Shown here: positions 1 to 10,291 of the stretch, piece by piece | Numbering within the stretch: position 1 is the first letter of the stretch | Layout: each line of letters opens with the position of its first letter | From: Planctomycetota bacterium | GTDB lineage: Bacteria > Planctomycetota > UBA1135 > JAKEFM01 | Direction: 5' to 3' | Length of the DNA stretch: 64,000 nt | NCBI GenBank assembly: GCA_035695825.1 | Contig: DASRRH010000009.1 | Location: 87,044-151,043 of the forward strand | The notes under the pieces: generated by a model | Told to the model about the DNA's origin: nothing | Databases searched by the model: none | The model's input: only the letters and a program-made list of their open reading frames with translations | Program-made: the position numbers and the translations under genes

Positions 1-132
1 CTGGTGCCGGGCGACCCCCTCCTCCTTCTCGAGGACGACCGCGCGGCGGCCCGGGAAGCGCTCCGTGAAGCGGTAGGCCGTCGCGAGGCCGACGATCCCT
101 CCGCCGATCACGACGAGGTCGGCGTCGCGCAG
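1..132 (-). CDS. FAD-dependent oxidoreductase, L-2-hydroxyglutarate oxidase/DAO-like, N-terminal fragment (continues past window start)
   Basis: Reverse translation of 1-132 reads (L)[43 protein letters not shown], a GxGxxG Rossmann FAD-binding N-terminus of the LhgO/DAO type, open to the window edge. No ATG is available. Candidate starts are CTG 132-130 (GAGG 4 nt upstream) or GTG 111-109. Confidence 0.55.
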   Translation of the reverse strand, partial: MRDADLVVIGGGIVGLATAYRFTERFPGRRAVVLEKEEGVARHQ

Positions 133-138
133 GGGACC

Positions 139-1581
139 TCAGGCGAGGAGCTTGCCGACGACCTCCCCCGCGACGTCCGTCAGGCGGAAGTCGCGCCCCT
201 GGGAGCGGAACGTGAGCCGCGCGTGGTCGAGGCCGAGGAGGTGGAGGATCGTCGCGTGGAGGTCGTTCACGTGGACGGGATCCTGGACGGCGTTGTAGCC
301 GATCTCGTCGGTCGCGCCGATCGTGATCCCCGGCTTCACGCCCCCCCCGGCGAGCCACACCGTGAAGGCCCTCGGGTGGTGGTCGCGCCCGAGGAACTTC
401 GAGCCACCGCGCGCCTCGTTCATCGGGGTGCGCCCGAACTCCCCCCCCCAGACGACGAGGGTCGACTCGAGGAGCCCCCGGCGCTTCAGGTCCTCGACGA
501 GCGCGGCCGCGCCCTGGTCGGTTTCCTTGCAGAGGCGCGGGAGCCCGTCCGTGATCGAAGAGGCCTTCGACTCGCCGTGGTGGTCCCAGCCGCGGTGGAA
601 GAGCTGGACGAACCGCACGCCCCGCTCGACGAGCCGCCGCGCGAGCAGGCAGTTGTTCGCGAAGGAGGCCTTCCCCGGGCTCGTCCCGTAGAGCGCGTGG
701 ACCTCCGGGGGCTCCTTCGAGAGGTCCATCAGCTCCGGGACGCTCGTCTGCATCCGGTAGGCCATCTCGTAGGAGGCGATCCGCGTGTCGATCTCCGGGT
801 CGCCGGTCTCCGCGCGGCGGAGCCGGTTCAGGGCCGCGATCGCGTCGAGCGCGCGGCGGCGCGAGGGGCGGTCGATCCCCTCGGGATCCGAGAGGAAGAG
901 GACCGGGTCGCCGGCGCTGCGGAACTCGACCCCCTGGTAGACGGAGGGGAGGAAACCGCACCCCCAGCAGGAGTTCCCCCCGTCGGGCCGCGCGTCCCCC
1001 GAGATCAGGACGACGAATCCGGGGAGGTCCCGCCCCTCGCTCCCGAGGCCGTAGGTGAGCCACGCCCCCATGCTCGGCCGCCCCGCCCGGCCGTGGCCCG
1101 TGTTCATGAAGACCTGGGCCGGGGCGTGGTTGAACTCGTCCGTCCGGACCGAGCGGACGAAGGCGAGGTCGTCGGCGACGGCGGCGAGGCGGGGGAGGAG
1201 CTCCGAGATCTCGGCGCCGGACGCACCCCGTCTCTCGAAGGCGTAGGGGGAGCCGAGGAGTCGCGGCACCCCCTTGATGAAGGCGAAGCGCTCCCCTTTC
1301 AGGAACTCCTCGGGGCAGGGCTCCCCGTTCCTCGCGGCGAGCCGGGGCTTCGGATCGAAGAGGTCGATCTGGGAGGGAGCCCCCGCCATGAAGAGGTAGA
1401 TGACGTTCCTCGCCCTCGGCGGATGGTGCGGCGCGCGCGCGAGCACCTCCCCGCCCGCGGCCTGCGCGAAGAGGCGCTCGTCGAGGAGCGAGGCGAGGGC
1501 GACCGAGCCGATCCCGAGGCCGCTCCTCCGGAAGAAGTGGCGCCGGGTGATCTCGACCAGCCTCTCGCGCTCCGCGCTCAT
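139..1581 (-). CDS. DUF1501 domain-containing protein (sulfatase-like fold, Tat leader)
   Basis: This is the C-terminal 480 aa of track ORF 139..4920. It starts [33 protein letters not shown] (twin-arginine leader) and has DUF1501-type blocks [29 protein letters not shown] and GRDHHP. ATG 1581 overlaps the upstream stop (ATGA at 1578-1581). Confidence 0.9.
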   Translation of the reverse strand: MSAERERLVEITRRHFFRRSGLGIGSVALASLLDERLFAQAAGGEVLARAPHHPPRARNVIYLFMAGAPSQIDLFDPKPRLAARNGEPCPEEFLKGERFAFIKGVPRLLGSPYAFERRGASGAEISELLPRLAAVADDLAFVRSVRTDEFNHAPAQVFMNTGHGRAGRPSMGAWLTYGLGSEGRDLPGFVVLISGDARPDGGNSCWGCGFLPSVYQGVEFRSAGDPVLFLSDPEGIDRPSRRRALDAIAALNRLRRAETGDPEIDTRIASYEMAYRMQTSVPELMDLSKEPPEVHALYGTSPGKASFANNCLLARRLVERGVRFVQLFHRGWDHHGESKASSITDGLPRLCKETDQGAAALVEDLKRRGLLESTLVVWGGEFGRTPMNEARGGSKFLGRDHHPRAFTVWLAGGGVKPGITIGATDEIGYNAVQDPVHVNDLHATILHLLGLDHARLTFRSQGRDFRLTDVAGEVVGKLLA

Positions 1582-4500
1582 TCCTTCGTCAGGGTCTCGT
1601 CGAGGTTCAAGAGGGCGTTCGCGACGATCGTCCAGGCCGCGCGGTCGGCCCCGTCCTTCCCCCCGGCCCGGGCGCGCTCGTCGCCGAGGAGGTCGAGGAG
1701 GATCCGGACCTCCTCGGGCTCGGGGCTCCGGCCCGTGCAGAGCCGGAACCCGCGGGTCGCGCGACCCTCGGGCCCCTCCCCGCCTTCGGCGATCATCCGG
1801 CCGGCGAGCGCCCGTGCGGCCTCGAAGAAGGCGGGGTCGTTCAGGACCGCGAGCGCCTGGAGAGGAGTGTTCGTCCTCGGCCGGCGGGAGAGGCAGGCTT
1901 CGCGGCTCCCCGCGTCGTAGGCCGCCATCGAGGGGTAGGGGGCGCTTCGCCGCCAGAAGGTGTAGAGCCCGCGGCGGTGGCGGTCTCCCCCCTCGCTCTC
2001 GACCCAGCGGTCGTCGTTGTACGGGAGGCGCCAGATCCCGGGGGGTTGGTAGGGGAAGACGCTCGGGCCCCCGATCCGCCGGTCGAGGAGGCCCGAGGCC
2101 TCGAGCGCGACGTCCCGCACCGCCTCCGCCTCCAACCGGAACCGCGGTCCGCGGGCGAGGAGCCGGTTCTCGGGGTCGCGCTCCCGCCGTTCCCTCGAGG
2201 CGGCCGACGACTGCCGATAGGTCGCGGAGGTGACGACCTCCCGCAGGATCGCCTTCACGCTCCACCCCCTCTCGACGAACTCGACGGCGAGCCAGTCGAG
2301 GAGCTCGGGATGCGTGGGCGGCGAGCCCCGCGTTCCGAAGTCCTCGCTCGTCTCGACGATCCCCCGGCCGAAGATCTCCTGCCATAGGCGGTTCACCGTG
2401 ACCCGCGCGACGAGAGGGTTCTCCGCCGAGGCGAGCCAGCGCGCGAGGCCGAGGCGGTTCGGCATCTCGGTCCGCGGGAACGCGTGGAGGATCGAGGGGG
2501 TGCCCGCGTAGACCCTCTCCCCCGGGTTCACGAACGATCCCCGCACCCGGAGGAGCGTGGCGGGGCGTTCGTGGGAGGGGCGCTCGCTCATGACGAGGGC
2601 CCTCGGGATCGAGGCCTCGAGTGCCTCGAGGTCCTTCCTCGCCCGGCGGAGGCGCTCCCGGACCGGGTCGAGGCACGGCGCGTTCGACCGGTGGAACGCG
2701 GCGATCGAGACGGCCTGATCGAGCGTGCGCTCGCCGCGCGGGATCCGGAGGATCGCCTCGATCCCCTCCGGCACCAGGGCCCGGGCGCGGAGGTTCTTCG
2801 CGCGCGTCGCGGAGAGCCGGAACCGCCCGGCCGCGTGCTCCGCGTAGCGGCTCCTGTACTCGAGGGTGAAAACGAGGGTCCCCTCCTCCCGCTCGAGCGG
2901 CGAAGCCAGCTCGAAGACCGCGACGTGGGGCTTCCCGGTCTCCTCGAGAAGTGCCCAGCCGGTGGCGGGGTCCGAGTCGATCGCTCCGGCGACGGGGAAC
3001 CGATCTTGCTCGTGGTCGGCGCGGGCGGCGGACAGGGGGAGGGGCTCCTCGCCCGCCCGCACCCCGAACCCCGTCAGGACGAGGTTTCCGTTGTACGCCC
3101 GACCGGGACCCTTCGAGGGGAGGGAGGGGTCGGGCAGCATCTCGAGGCGGAAGGAGGTGATCCCCTGGAGGCGGGTCCGGACCGTGACGCAATGGGCGTC
3201 CGAGTCGGGATTCGCTCCGGAGGCGAGGACCGACCCGTCGTCGAGGACCGAAAGCGTCGCCCCTCCTTCGGAGCGGACCGGCTCGGGGACGAGGACCGTC
3301 CAATCGACCGGAGGCTCCTTCTCCCACGCCGCCTGCTCGGCCTCGAGCGGAGGGCTCCCCGGCCCGAGCATGCGCCGAGCCTCTTCGATCTCCAGGCGCA
3401 GCGCCGCTCGCCTCGCCTCCTCCTCCATGGTCGGAGCCTCGAGGCTCGGCTCCGTGTACTTCGCCTCTCCCACGGAGGCGTCGCCGATCGCCTCGTACTC
3501 GGTCGTCTCGAAGAAGGCGAGGAGCTGGTGGAACTCCTTCTGCGTGAAGGGGTCGTACTTGTGGTCGTGGCACTGGGCGCATGCGAGGGTCGTCCCGAGC
3601 CAGACCGTCCCCGTCGTCGCCACGCGATCGACGAGGACGAGGTAGCGCGCCTCGTCCTGGTCGACCCCTCCCTCGCGGTTGTGGAGGGTGTTTCGGTGGA
3701 AGCCACTCGCGATCCTCTGGTCGAGGGTGGCGTCCGGGAGCATGTCCCCCGCGACCTGCTCGACGGTGAAGCGGTCGAAGGGCATGTCCTCGTTGAGCGC
3801 CCGGATCACCCAGTCGCGCCACTTCCAGGCCGTCCGCCGCAGGTCCTTCTCGTACCCGTCCGTGTCGGCGTAGCGCGCGAGGTCGAGCCACGGCCTCGCC
3901 CATCGCTCGCCGAAGTGGGGAGAGCCGAGCAGCCGGTCGACCTGCTTCTCGTAGGCGTCGGGGCTCCCGTCCGCCTCGAACGCGGCGACCTCCTCGGGGC
4001 TCGGCGGGAGCCCGACGAGGTCGAGGCTGACGCGCCGGAGGAGCGTCGCTCGATTCGCCTCCGGCGAGGGCTCGAGCCCTTCCTTCTCGAGCCGCGCGAG
4101 GACGAATCGGTCGATCGGGTTCCGCGCCCGACTCTCCTCGCGGACTTGCGGGAGCGCGGGGCGCTCGGGCTTGCGGTACGCCCAGTGGTCGCGACTGGCC
4201 CGCTCCCTCTCGAGGACGAGGCCCGCGGGCCACTTCGCCCCCTCGTCGATCCACGCACGGACCTTCTCGATCGCCTCGGCAGGGAGCGCCGCGCTTCTCT
4301 TCGGCATCCGGACCTCGGGATCCTCGGAGAGGAGACGGAGGTAGAGCGGGCTCGTCGAGGCGCTTCCCGGTCGGATGACCTTGAACTTCCCGTTCCCGCT
4401 GCCGGCGAAGGCGGCGTCGCGGCGGTCGAGGCGCAGTCCCGCCTTCGGATCGTTCCCCGAGTGGCACTCGAGGCAGCCCGTCCGCAGGATCGGGGCGATC

Positions 4501-4628
4501 TCCCGCCAACGATCGACGGGCGTCGAGCCCCCTTGCCCGGCGCCGAGGAGAGAGAGCCCGCAGAGCGCGGCGACGGACGCCGCGCCGATCCTCCGGTTCG
4601 AAATCGGCTTTCGGGGGCGGCGGTGCAC
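1578..4628 (-). CDS. PSD1-type protein (PSCyt cytochrome-c-like + DUF1549 + DUF1553 domains)
   Basis: Motifs are CLECHS (CxxCH), [16 protein letters not shown] (DUF1549-like) and [17 protein letters not shown] (DUF1553-like), with hydrophobic leader [16 protein letters not shown]. The only in-frame start near the leader is GTG 4628 (AGGA about 10 nt upstream). It forms the classic pair with the downstream DUF1501 gene. Confidence 0.85.
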   Translation of the reverse strand: MHRRPRKPISNRRIGAASVAALCGLSLLGAGQGGSTPVDRWREIAPILRTGCLECHSGNDPKAGLRLDRRDAAFAGSGNGKFKVIRPGSASTSPLYLRLLSEDPEVRMPKRSAALPAEAIEKVRAWIDEGAKWPAGLVLERERASRDHWAYRKPERPALPQVREESRARNPIDRFVLARLEKEGLEPSPEANRATLLRRVSLDLVGLPPSPEEVAAFEADGSPDAYEKQVDRLLGSPHFGERWARPWLDLARYADTDGYEKDLRRTAWKWRDWVIRALNEDMPFDRFTVEQVAGDMLPDATLDQRIASGFHRNTLHNREGGVDQDEARYLVLVDRVATTGTVWLGTTLACAQCHDHKYDPFTQKEFHQLLAFFETTEYEAIGDASVGEAKYTEPSLEAPTMEEEARRAALRLEIEEARRMLGPGSPPLEAEQAAWEKEPPVDWTVLVPEPVRSEGGATLSVLDDGSVLASGANPDSDAHCVTVRTRLQGITSFRLEMLPDPSLPSKGPGRAYNGNLVLTGFGVRAGEEPLPLSAARADHEQDRFPVAGAIDSDPATGWALLEETGKPHVAVFELASPLEREEGTLVFTLEYRSRYAEHAAGRFRLSATRAKNLRARALVPEGIEAILRIPRGERTLDQAVSIAAFHRSNAPCLDPVRERLRRARKDLEALEASIPRALVMSERPSHERPATLLRVRGSFVNPGERVYAGTPSILHAFPRTEMPNRLGLARWLASAENPLVARVTVNRLWQEIFGRGIVETSEDFGTRGSPPTHPELLDWLAVEFVERGWSVKAILREVVTSATYRQSSAASRERRERDPENRLLARGPRFRLEAEAVRDVALEASGLLDRRIGGPSVFPYQPPGIWRLPYNDDRWVESEGGDRHRRGLYTFWRRSAPYPSMAAYDAGSREACLSRRPRTNTPLQALAVLNDPAFFEAARALAGRMIAEGGEGPEGRATRGFRLCTGRSPEPEEVRILLDLLGDERARAGGKDGADRAAWTIVANALLNLDETLTKE

Positions 4629-4687
4629 CGGGAACGATCCTAAGGGAGGGCGTTCGGAGCGGCCATGCGCCCCGGGGCCGTCCCCTT

Positions 4688-7600
4688 TCAATTGGAGCGC
4701 TCCTCCGCGGTGAGTTGGACGGTGATCTCCTGCGGCGAGGTCTCCCCAACCGTGCTGCTCCGCTCGATCGGTCGGTAGCCCTGCACGTAGAGGCGCAGGG
4801 TGTAGGCGCCGGGGGCGGCGAAGAGCGTGACGTGGCCTGGAAGGTCGCCCTTGGGCCGGGTGCGGGGAAGCCCGCGCTGGGAAATCTCGCCGCCGTCGGC
4901 GGGATCGACGAGCCTCGCATCGACCGATCGAGGGGGGATGGGCCCCGTCTCGGCGACGACGCAGAGTCTCACGTCGACGCCCCGCCCGACCCGGATCGCG
5001 CAGGTCGCCTCCCTCTCCGGATCGACGAGCACCTCCGTCGCGCGGGTCGTCGGGAACCTCTCGTCCCACACCCGCGCCTTCCAGCGCCCCGGAGAGAGGC
5101 CGATTCCTCGGGCGACTCCCCGGTCGTCAGTTTGGATCCCCGAGCCGCCACTCTCCCCGACCCTCCCGATCAGGACCGTGGCGTCCGAGAGCGGCTTGCC
5201 ATCGGGGTCGGAGACCGTCACGGCGAGGCTCCCGCCGCGCGCGAGGGCGAGGTCGGCTCGGGCGATCGGTCCTTCGACGACCTCGACCCTCTCGATCAGG
5301 GCCGGCGCGTACTCGCTCTCCCGGAGCTGCGCGTGGATCGAGTAGCCGCCCGGCTCGAGGTCGCCGATCCGGTAGAAGCCCTGCGCGTCGGTGATGGCCG
5401 ACGCGCCAAACCACCGCCGCCTCCGCTCTCGGGGGAGGTCGAGAGGGCCGGCATTCACCTCGATCCCGGGAAGCGGCGAGCCGTCGGCCTTCCTTACGAC
5501 CCGTCCCTCGATCGCGCCGGGGGGAAGGCGGACGTCGAAGGCGAGACGCGGCTCCTCGGGGATCTCGATGGGGAAAAAAAAGAACCGGGGCGTCGGTCCA
5601 CCGGCAGGAGCCAGCGGACGCAAGATCTCCAGGTCGGTCTTCCCCGGCGCGACCCCCTCGAGGAGGAAGGCTCCGCTCGCGTCGGTCACGCACGAGGGGA
5701 GGACCGAGGCGTCTCCGGAGAACCCCTCGGGGAACGCGGCGACCCGAAGTCCAGGGACTCCCTCTGTACCGCGCAACACCCTGCCCGACACCGTGCATGC
5801 GCCACTCGTCACTGCGAATTCGATCCGAGCGACCTCGCCGTCCGCGACGGACGCGGTCTTCTGAAACACCCTCTTCCCGACGACCGCGCGGACGTCGTGC
5901 GGGCCCGGCGCCAGCCCTCCGATCCTGAATCGGCCCGACGCGTCCGTCACGGCCTTCGGGACGTCCCCGCCGAAGCTCCCCGCCGCGTCGACCCGAACCT
6001 GCGCGCCCTCGATCGGGGATCGGTTCGCCTCGAAGACGAACCCCTCGACGCTCCCTCCGCGCGAGAGCTCGATCCGCACCCCGTCGGAGGACGAGGCCGC
6101 CACGACTTCGACCGTCTGGCTCCTCGGGACGAAGCCCGCCTTCGGGACGCGCAGGTCGACCGAACCGGGGGCGAGGCCACGGATCTCGAAGGACCCGTTC
6201 GCGCCGGATTCGGCGCGGCCGCTCTCGGAGTCCCGCGAGAAGGGGCTCTCGCCCTTCGGTTTTCGCTGCGTCCAGCTCACTTCGGCACGAGGGACCGGCG
6301 CTCCGCTCCCCGACTCGAGGACCCATCCGGATAGGGTTCGCCCGCGCGACATCCGGACCTCGATTCCGTCCCGTCGCGTCCCCTCGCCCACCTCGATCAG
6401 CTCGACCGTGGTTTCGAGGAACCCCTCGGCACGGAAGGTGAGGTCGTGGACCCCGGGCTTCAGTCCCGAAAGCTCAAATGCACCGCTCGCCGAGTCGAAC
6501 GGCTCTTCGTTGCCCCCTTCCCCGCTCCCTCCCGAGCCTTGCCGGACGACGCGCATCGGGCGAACGATGAAGCGGCGGACCGGCTCCCCGGTATCCGCGT
6601 CGAGGACGCGACCGGAGACCGAGCCTGGAGCGCCCAGCACGATCTCGATCCCGTCGGCGTCTGGTTCGATCCCGCGGACCTCGACGTATCCCTTCTTCTC
6701 GTAGCTAGCCTCGAGGATGAAGGGCCCCCCCTCGAGCCCCTCGATCCGGAACGATCCCCTCGAATCGGTCGTCGCCTCCTGCGAGACGGCGGGCATGCCG
6801 GACCGGCCGTGCTCCCTCCGCCATGCCTCCTCGTCGATCCGCGCCCGGACGGTCGCGCCCCGGGCGGGGAGTCGTCCGGGATCGAGGACTCGACCGGCGA
6901 GGAATCGTCCGCGGGGGAGGACGAGCCGGAGGTCTTCCCGCCCTCCATCCGGGGGGATCTCGACCTCGAGCTCCTGCGACCGGAGCGTCTGCGGGGCGCT
7001 CGCGGAGACCTTGTACTTCCCGGGGACGACCGACCCGATCCGGAATGCTCCCTGCGGTCCCGTCGAGTCCAGGGGCGACCCGTGCGTTCCGCTTTCCCGT
7101 GCATGTTCCCCCTCGAGGCGGACCATCGCCCCGTGGATCGCGTTCCCCCGGTCGTCGACCACCCTCCCCGACACGTAGGACTCGACGTGGAGGAGGAAGT
7201 CCGCGTGCGCGGTTTTCCCTACGACGATCTCGACGGTCGTCGGGTCGGAAGGAGAGAACCCCTCGGCGCCCGCGGCGGCCTCGAACCGGCCGGGTCGCAA
7301 GCCGCCCGCGGCGAAGCCTCCGGACGCGTCGAGCTCGACCCCGAACCCGTAGCGCGAGGTCTCCACGCGGAGGTGGAGCATCGCCTGGACGGGAACGGCT
7401 CCGGAGGGAGTGCGGATCGAGCCGGCGAGCCGGCCTGCGGGCTCGAGCTCGATCACGATCCCCTCGGCCCTCGCAGCCTCATCGAGGTTGAACCTGTCTC
7501 CCGTGAACCCCCGAGGGTCGCGAGCGAAGTCCGAGCGCACCTCCAAGGAGAATGGAGGGAGGTTGGCCGGCGCCGCGATCTCGAAAGAGCCGTCGGGGCC

Positions 7601-8050
7601 GGCCGTCGCGGCGAGCGAGGGGGTCCTCCCCCCCGCGGCGCGGAACGCGGCCTCGGCTTCGGCTCTCGGCAGCGCCCAGAGGCGCTTCATCGCGTCGAGC
7701 CCGCCGAGCCTCTCGATCGTCTCGGCGTGGTCGATCTCGGGGTTCCCCGTGAACGCGACGATCGAGGAAAGTCCGGTCGGAGGCCCGCCGGAATCCTTCA
7801 TCACGAGCCGCCCGCGAATCCTTCCGGTCCACTCCTTCGGGCGGGGAGCGCCGACGGCGGCCCGCGCGGGGGCGGGGCTCGAGGCGAGCGCCTCGTAGAG
7901 GATCGACTCGGGCGGCTTTGGCGCCTCGGCGCCCGGCGGCGCGGCGCCTCGTTCGGCCCCCCGCGGCAGCCGGGACGGCTTCGAGAGGGCGAGGACCAGG
8001 ACCCCGGCGAGAAGGAACCCGCCGATCGCGAACCATCGCGCGCGCCGCAT
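4688..8050 (-). CDS. Membrane-anchored protein with many carboxypeptidase-regulatory-like (CarboxypepD_reg / Ig-like) repeats
   Basis: ATG 8050 gives [23 protein letters not shown] (N-terminal TM anchor). This is followed by about ten units of the type GRVxDxxGxPxxGAxVxx...GxFxIxGLxPGxYxx. The upstream part of track ORF 4688..10174 is antisense to the CocE gene and is rejected. Confidence 0.7.
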   Translation of the reverse strand: MRRARWFAIGGFLLAGVLVLALSKPSRLPRGAERGAAPPGAEAPKPPESILYEALASSPAPARAAVGAPRPKEWTGRIRGRLVMKDSGGPPTGLSSIVAFTGNPEIDHAETIERLGGLDAMKRLWALPRAEAEAAFRAAGGRTPSLAATAGPDGSFEIAAPANLPPFSLEVRSDFARDPRGFTGDRFNLDEAARAEGIVIELEPAGRLAGSIRTPSGAVPVQAMLHLRVETSRYGFGVELDASGGFAAGGLRPGRFEAAAGAEGFSPSDPTTVEIVVGKTAHADFLLHVESYVSGRVVDDRGNAIHGAMVRLEGEHARESGTHGSPLDSTGPQGAFRIGSVVPGKYKVSASAPQTLRSQELEVEIPPDGGREDLRLVLPRGRFLAGRVLDPGRLPARGATVRARIDEEAWRREHGRSGMPAVSQEATTDSRGSFRIEGLEGGPFILEASYEKKGYVEVRGIEPDADGIEIVLGAPGSVSGRVLDADTGEPVRRFIVRPMRVVRQGSGGSGEGGNEEPFDSASGAFELSGLKPGVHDLTFRAEGFLETTVELIEVGEGTRRDGIEVRMSRGRTLSGWVLESGSGAPVPRAEVSWTQRKPKGESPFSRDSESGRAESGANGSFEIRGLAPGSVDLRVPKAGFVPRSQTVEVVAASSSDGVRIELSRGGSVEGFVFEANRSPIEGAQVRVDAAGSFGGDVPKAVTDASGRFRIGGLAPGPHDVRAVVGKRVFQKTASVADGEVARIEFAVTSGACTVSGRVLRGTEGVPGLRVAAFPEGFSGDASVLPSCVTDASGAFLLEGVAPGKTDLEILRPLAPAGGPTPRFFFFPIEIPEEPRLAFDVRLPPGAIEGRVVRKADGSPLPGIEVNAGPLDLPRERRRRWFGASAITDAQGFYRIGDLEPGGYSIHAQLRESEYAPALIERVEVVEGPIARADLALARGGSLAVTVSDPDGKPLSDATVLIGRVGESGGSGIQTDDRGVARGIGLSPGRWKARVWDERFPTTRATEVLVDPEREATCAIRVGRGVDVRLCVVAETGPIPPRSVDARLVDPADGGEISQRGLPRTRPKGDLPGHVTLFAAPGAYTLRLYVQGYRPIERSSTVGETSPQEITVQLTAEERSN

Positions 8051-8120
8051 CTCGCGATCCTCCGAATCGACTTCCGTGCGGAAGGGGGATTGTAGGGCGG
8101 AGCGAGGACGGTAGGGCCCG

Positions 8121-8134
8121 CGCATAATCCACGG
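8121..8134 (+). promoter_or_regulatory. Conserved 14-mer CGCATAATCCACGG containing a -10-like CATAAT, 16 nt upstream of the CocE/NonD start
   Basis: Near-identical 14-mers occur upstream of two other genes (13864-13877 and the reverse complement at 49446-49459). A GGAGGG Shine-Dalgarno follows at 8139-8144. Confidence 0.4.
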
Positions 8135-8149
8135 TCTGGAGGGTCCGCC

Positions 8150-10069
8150 ATGAACCTGCCCCGCCGAGCGCTCGCCCCCTTCGTCCTCCTCCTCGCCCCG
8201 GCCGGCCTCCGCGGCCAGGGGGCCGACTGGGTCCGCGCGAACTACACGAAGCACGAGTACGAGATCCCGATGCGGGACGGGGTGAAACTCTTCACCGCCG
8301 TCTACGTGCCGAAGGACGACGCGCGGACCTACCCGATCCTGCTCCAGCGCACCCCCTACTCCGTCTCGCCGTACGGCGTCGACCGGGTGCGGGAGAGCCT
8401 CGGCCCCTCCGAGCTCTTCGCGAAGGAGGGGTTCATCTTCGCCTACCAGGACGTCCGCGGGCGGTACCGCTCGGGCGGGGAGTTCGTCCACGTCCGCCCG
8501 TACCGGCCCGGCAAGCGCGGAACGCAGGTCGACGAATCGAGCGACGCGTACGACACGATCGAGTGGCTGCTCCGCCACGTTCCCGGCCACAACGGCCGCG
8601 TCGGGGTGTCGGGCATCTCCTACCCCGGCTTCTACGCGGCGATGGCCGCGATCGACGCGCACCCGGCCGTGAAGGCGGTCTCCCCGCAGGCGCCCGTCTG
8701 CGACTGGTTCGTCGGCGACGACTTCCGGCACAACGGAGCCCTCTTCCTCCCGCACGCCTTCAACTTCCTCGTCTCCTTCGAGCGCCAGCCCCGGGGTCCG
8801 ACGACGCGGCGGGCGCCCTCGTTCGAACACGGAACCGAGGACGGCTACCGCTTCTTCCTCCGGCTGGGGCCCCTGTCGAACGCGAAGGCGCGCTACTTCT
8901 CGGACACCGTCCCCTTCTGGGACGAAATGCTCGCGCATCCCGACGACGACGACTTCTGGAAGGCGCGGGACACGCGCCCGCACCTGAAGGAGATCCGCCC
9001 CGCCGTCCTCACGGTGGGGGGGTGGTTCGACGCGGAGGACCTCTTCGGGGCGCTCGCCACCTACCAGGCGATCGAGCGGCAGAGCCCCGGGGCGGAGAAC
9101 CGGCTCGTGATGGGGCCCTGGCCCCACGGCGGCTGGTCGCGGAGCGACGGGGACTCGCTCGGGGACGTGCGCTTCGGGTCGAAGACCGCGGTCTTCTACC
9201 GCGAGGGGATCGAGTTTCCCTTCTTCCTCCGGCACCTGAAGGAGAAGGGGGAGCCCGCGCTGCCCGAGGCGTACGTCTTCGAGACGGGGACGAACCGCTG
9301 GCGGAAGTTCGAGACCTGGCCGCCGCGGGAAGCGAGGCCGCTCCCCCTCTTCCTCCGCGGCGGCGGGACGCTCTCCCGCGAGGCGCCGACCGAGAAGGAG
9401 GCGCAAGACGAGTTCCCGAGCGATCCGGGGAAGCCCGTCCCGTACACGGACAAGGTCGCGATCGGGATGACGCGGGAGTACATGCTCGGGGACCAGCGGT
9501 TCGCGGCGAGCCGCCCCGACGTCCTCGCCTTCGAGACCGAGCCGCTCCCCGAGGACCTCTTCGTCGCCGGGCCGGTCCGCGCGAGCCTCGTCGTCTCGAC
9601 GAGCGGGACCGACGCGGACTGGGTCGTCAAGCTGATCGACGTCTACCCCGACGACTTCCCCAACCCCGACCCGAACCCGAAGGGGCTCGAGATGGGGGGG
9701 TTCCAGCAGCTCGTCCGGGGCGAGCCCTTCCGCGGCCGCTACCGCAACGGCTTCGATCGCCCCGAGCCGTTCCGCCCGGGCGAAGCGGCGAAGGTCGAGT
9801 TCGCGATGCCCGACGTGTGCCACGCGTTCCGGCGCGGGCACCGGATCATGGTCCAGGTGCAGAGCTCCTGGTTCCCGCTCGTCGACCGGAATCCGCAGAC
9901 CTTCGTCGAGATCGCGAAGGCGAAGGAGGAGGACTTCCAGAAGGCGACGCACCGCGTCTTCCGTTCGGCGGGACTCCCCTCCCTCGTCACGCTCGGCGTC
10001 CTCGAGGGCGCGGCGGAGGCGGCGGAGGCGGCTCCCACGGACGCGGCCATGCCGCGGAGGACCCGGTGA
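8150..10069 (+). CDS. CocE/NonD family hydrolase (S15 X-Pro dipeptidyl-peptidase-like), secreted
   Basis: Signal peptide MNLPRRALAPFVLLLAPAGLRG. Family blocks are YPILLQRTPYS, FAYQDVRGRYRSGGEF and the nucleophile elbow GVSGISYPGFY. The C-terminal beta-sandwich contains GHRIMVQVQSSWFPLVDRNPQ. Confidence 0.9.
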   Translation: MNLPRRALAPFVLLLAPAGLRGQGADWVRANYTKHEYEIPMRDGVKLFTAVYVPKDDARTYPILLQRTPYSVSPYGVDRVRESLGPSELFAKEGFIFAYQDVRGRYRSGGEFVHVRPYRPGKRGTQVDESSDAYDTIEWLLRHVPGHNGRVGVSGISYPGFYAAMAAIDAHPAVKAVSPQAPVCDWFVGDDFRHNGALFLPHAFNFLVSFERQPRGPTTRRAPSFEHGTEDGYRFFLRLGPLSNAKARYFSDTVPFWDEMLAHPDDDDFWKARDTRPHLKEIRPAVLTVGGWFDAEDLFGALATYQAIERQSPGAENRLVMGPWPHGGWSRSDGDSLGDVRFGSKTAVFYREGIEFPFFLRHLKEKGEPALPEAYVFETGTNRWRKFETWPPREARPLPLFLRGGGTLSREAPTEKEAQDEFPSDPGKPVPYTDKVAIGMTREYMLGDQRFAASRPDVLAFETEPLPEDLFVAGPVRASLVVSTSGTDADWVVKLIDVYPDDFPNPDPNPKGLEMGGFQQLVRGEPFRGRYRNGFDRPEPFRPGEAAKVEFAMPDVCHAFRRGHRIMVQVQSSWFPLVDRNPQTFVEIAKAKEEDFQKATHRVFRSAGLPSLVTLGVLEGAAEAAEAAPTDAAMPRRTR

Positions 10070-10291
10070 GGACCTGCACTCCCTGGGCGTTGATTTCGGC
10101 CCCAACCGACCGGAGACCAACGGGTTCCACGGGTCGAGTCCCGTCGAAGTCCGCCGACCTCCGAACGGGACCAACTACAAGATCTTCGAAACGAGCATCA
10201 ACACGGAAGGAGGGCAGATTCCCCCCGATTCGCCGTTTGCCGATTCGTGGGCTACGGTTCCTGCGGCGGTCGGGGACAGAAGAGGCTCGTC

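Noticed and set aside
139-4920. A single 1593-aa ORF spanning DUF1501 plus upstream sequence
   Set aside because: Only the last 480 aa (from ATG 1581) are protein-like. The upstream part is the alternate frame of the PSD1 gene.
10092-10151. tRNA-like fragment: GATTTCG...ACGGG-TCGAGT-CCCGT-CGAAGTC, with an acceptor-like 7-bp pairing and a T-arm-like hairpin
   Set aside because: It is only 60 nt long. The T-loop has 6 nt and lacks the canonical TTCRA sequence. No D-arm or anticodon arm can be folded and there is no CCA context. At most it is a decayed tRNA remnant, and no integrase is nearby.
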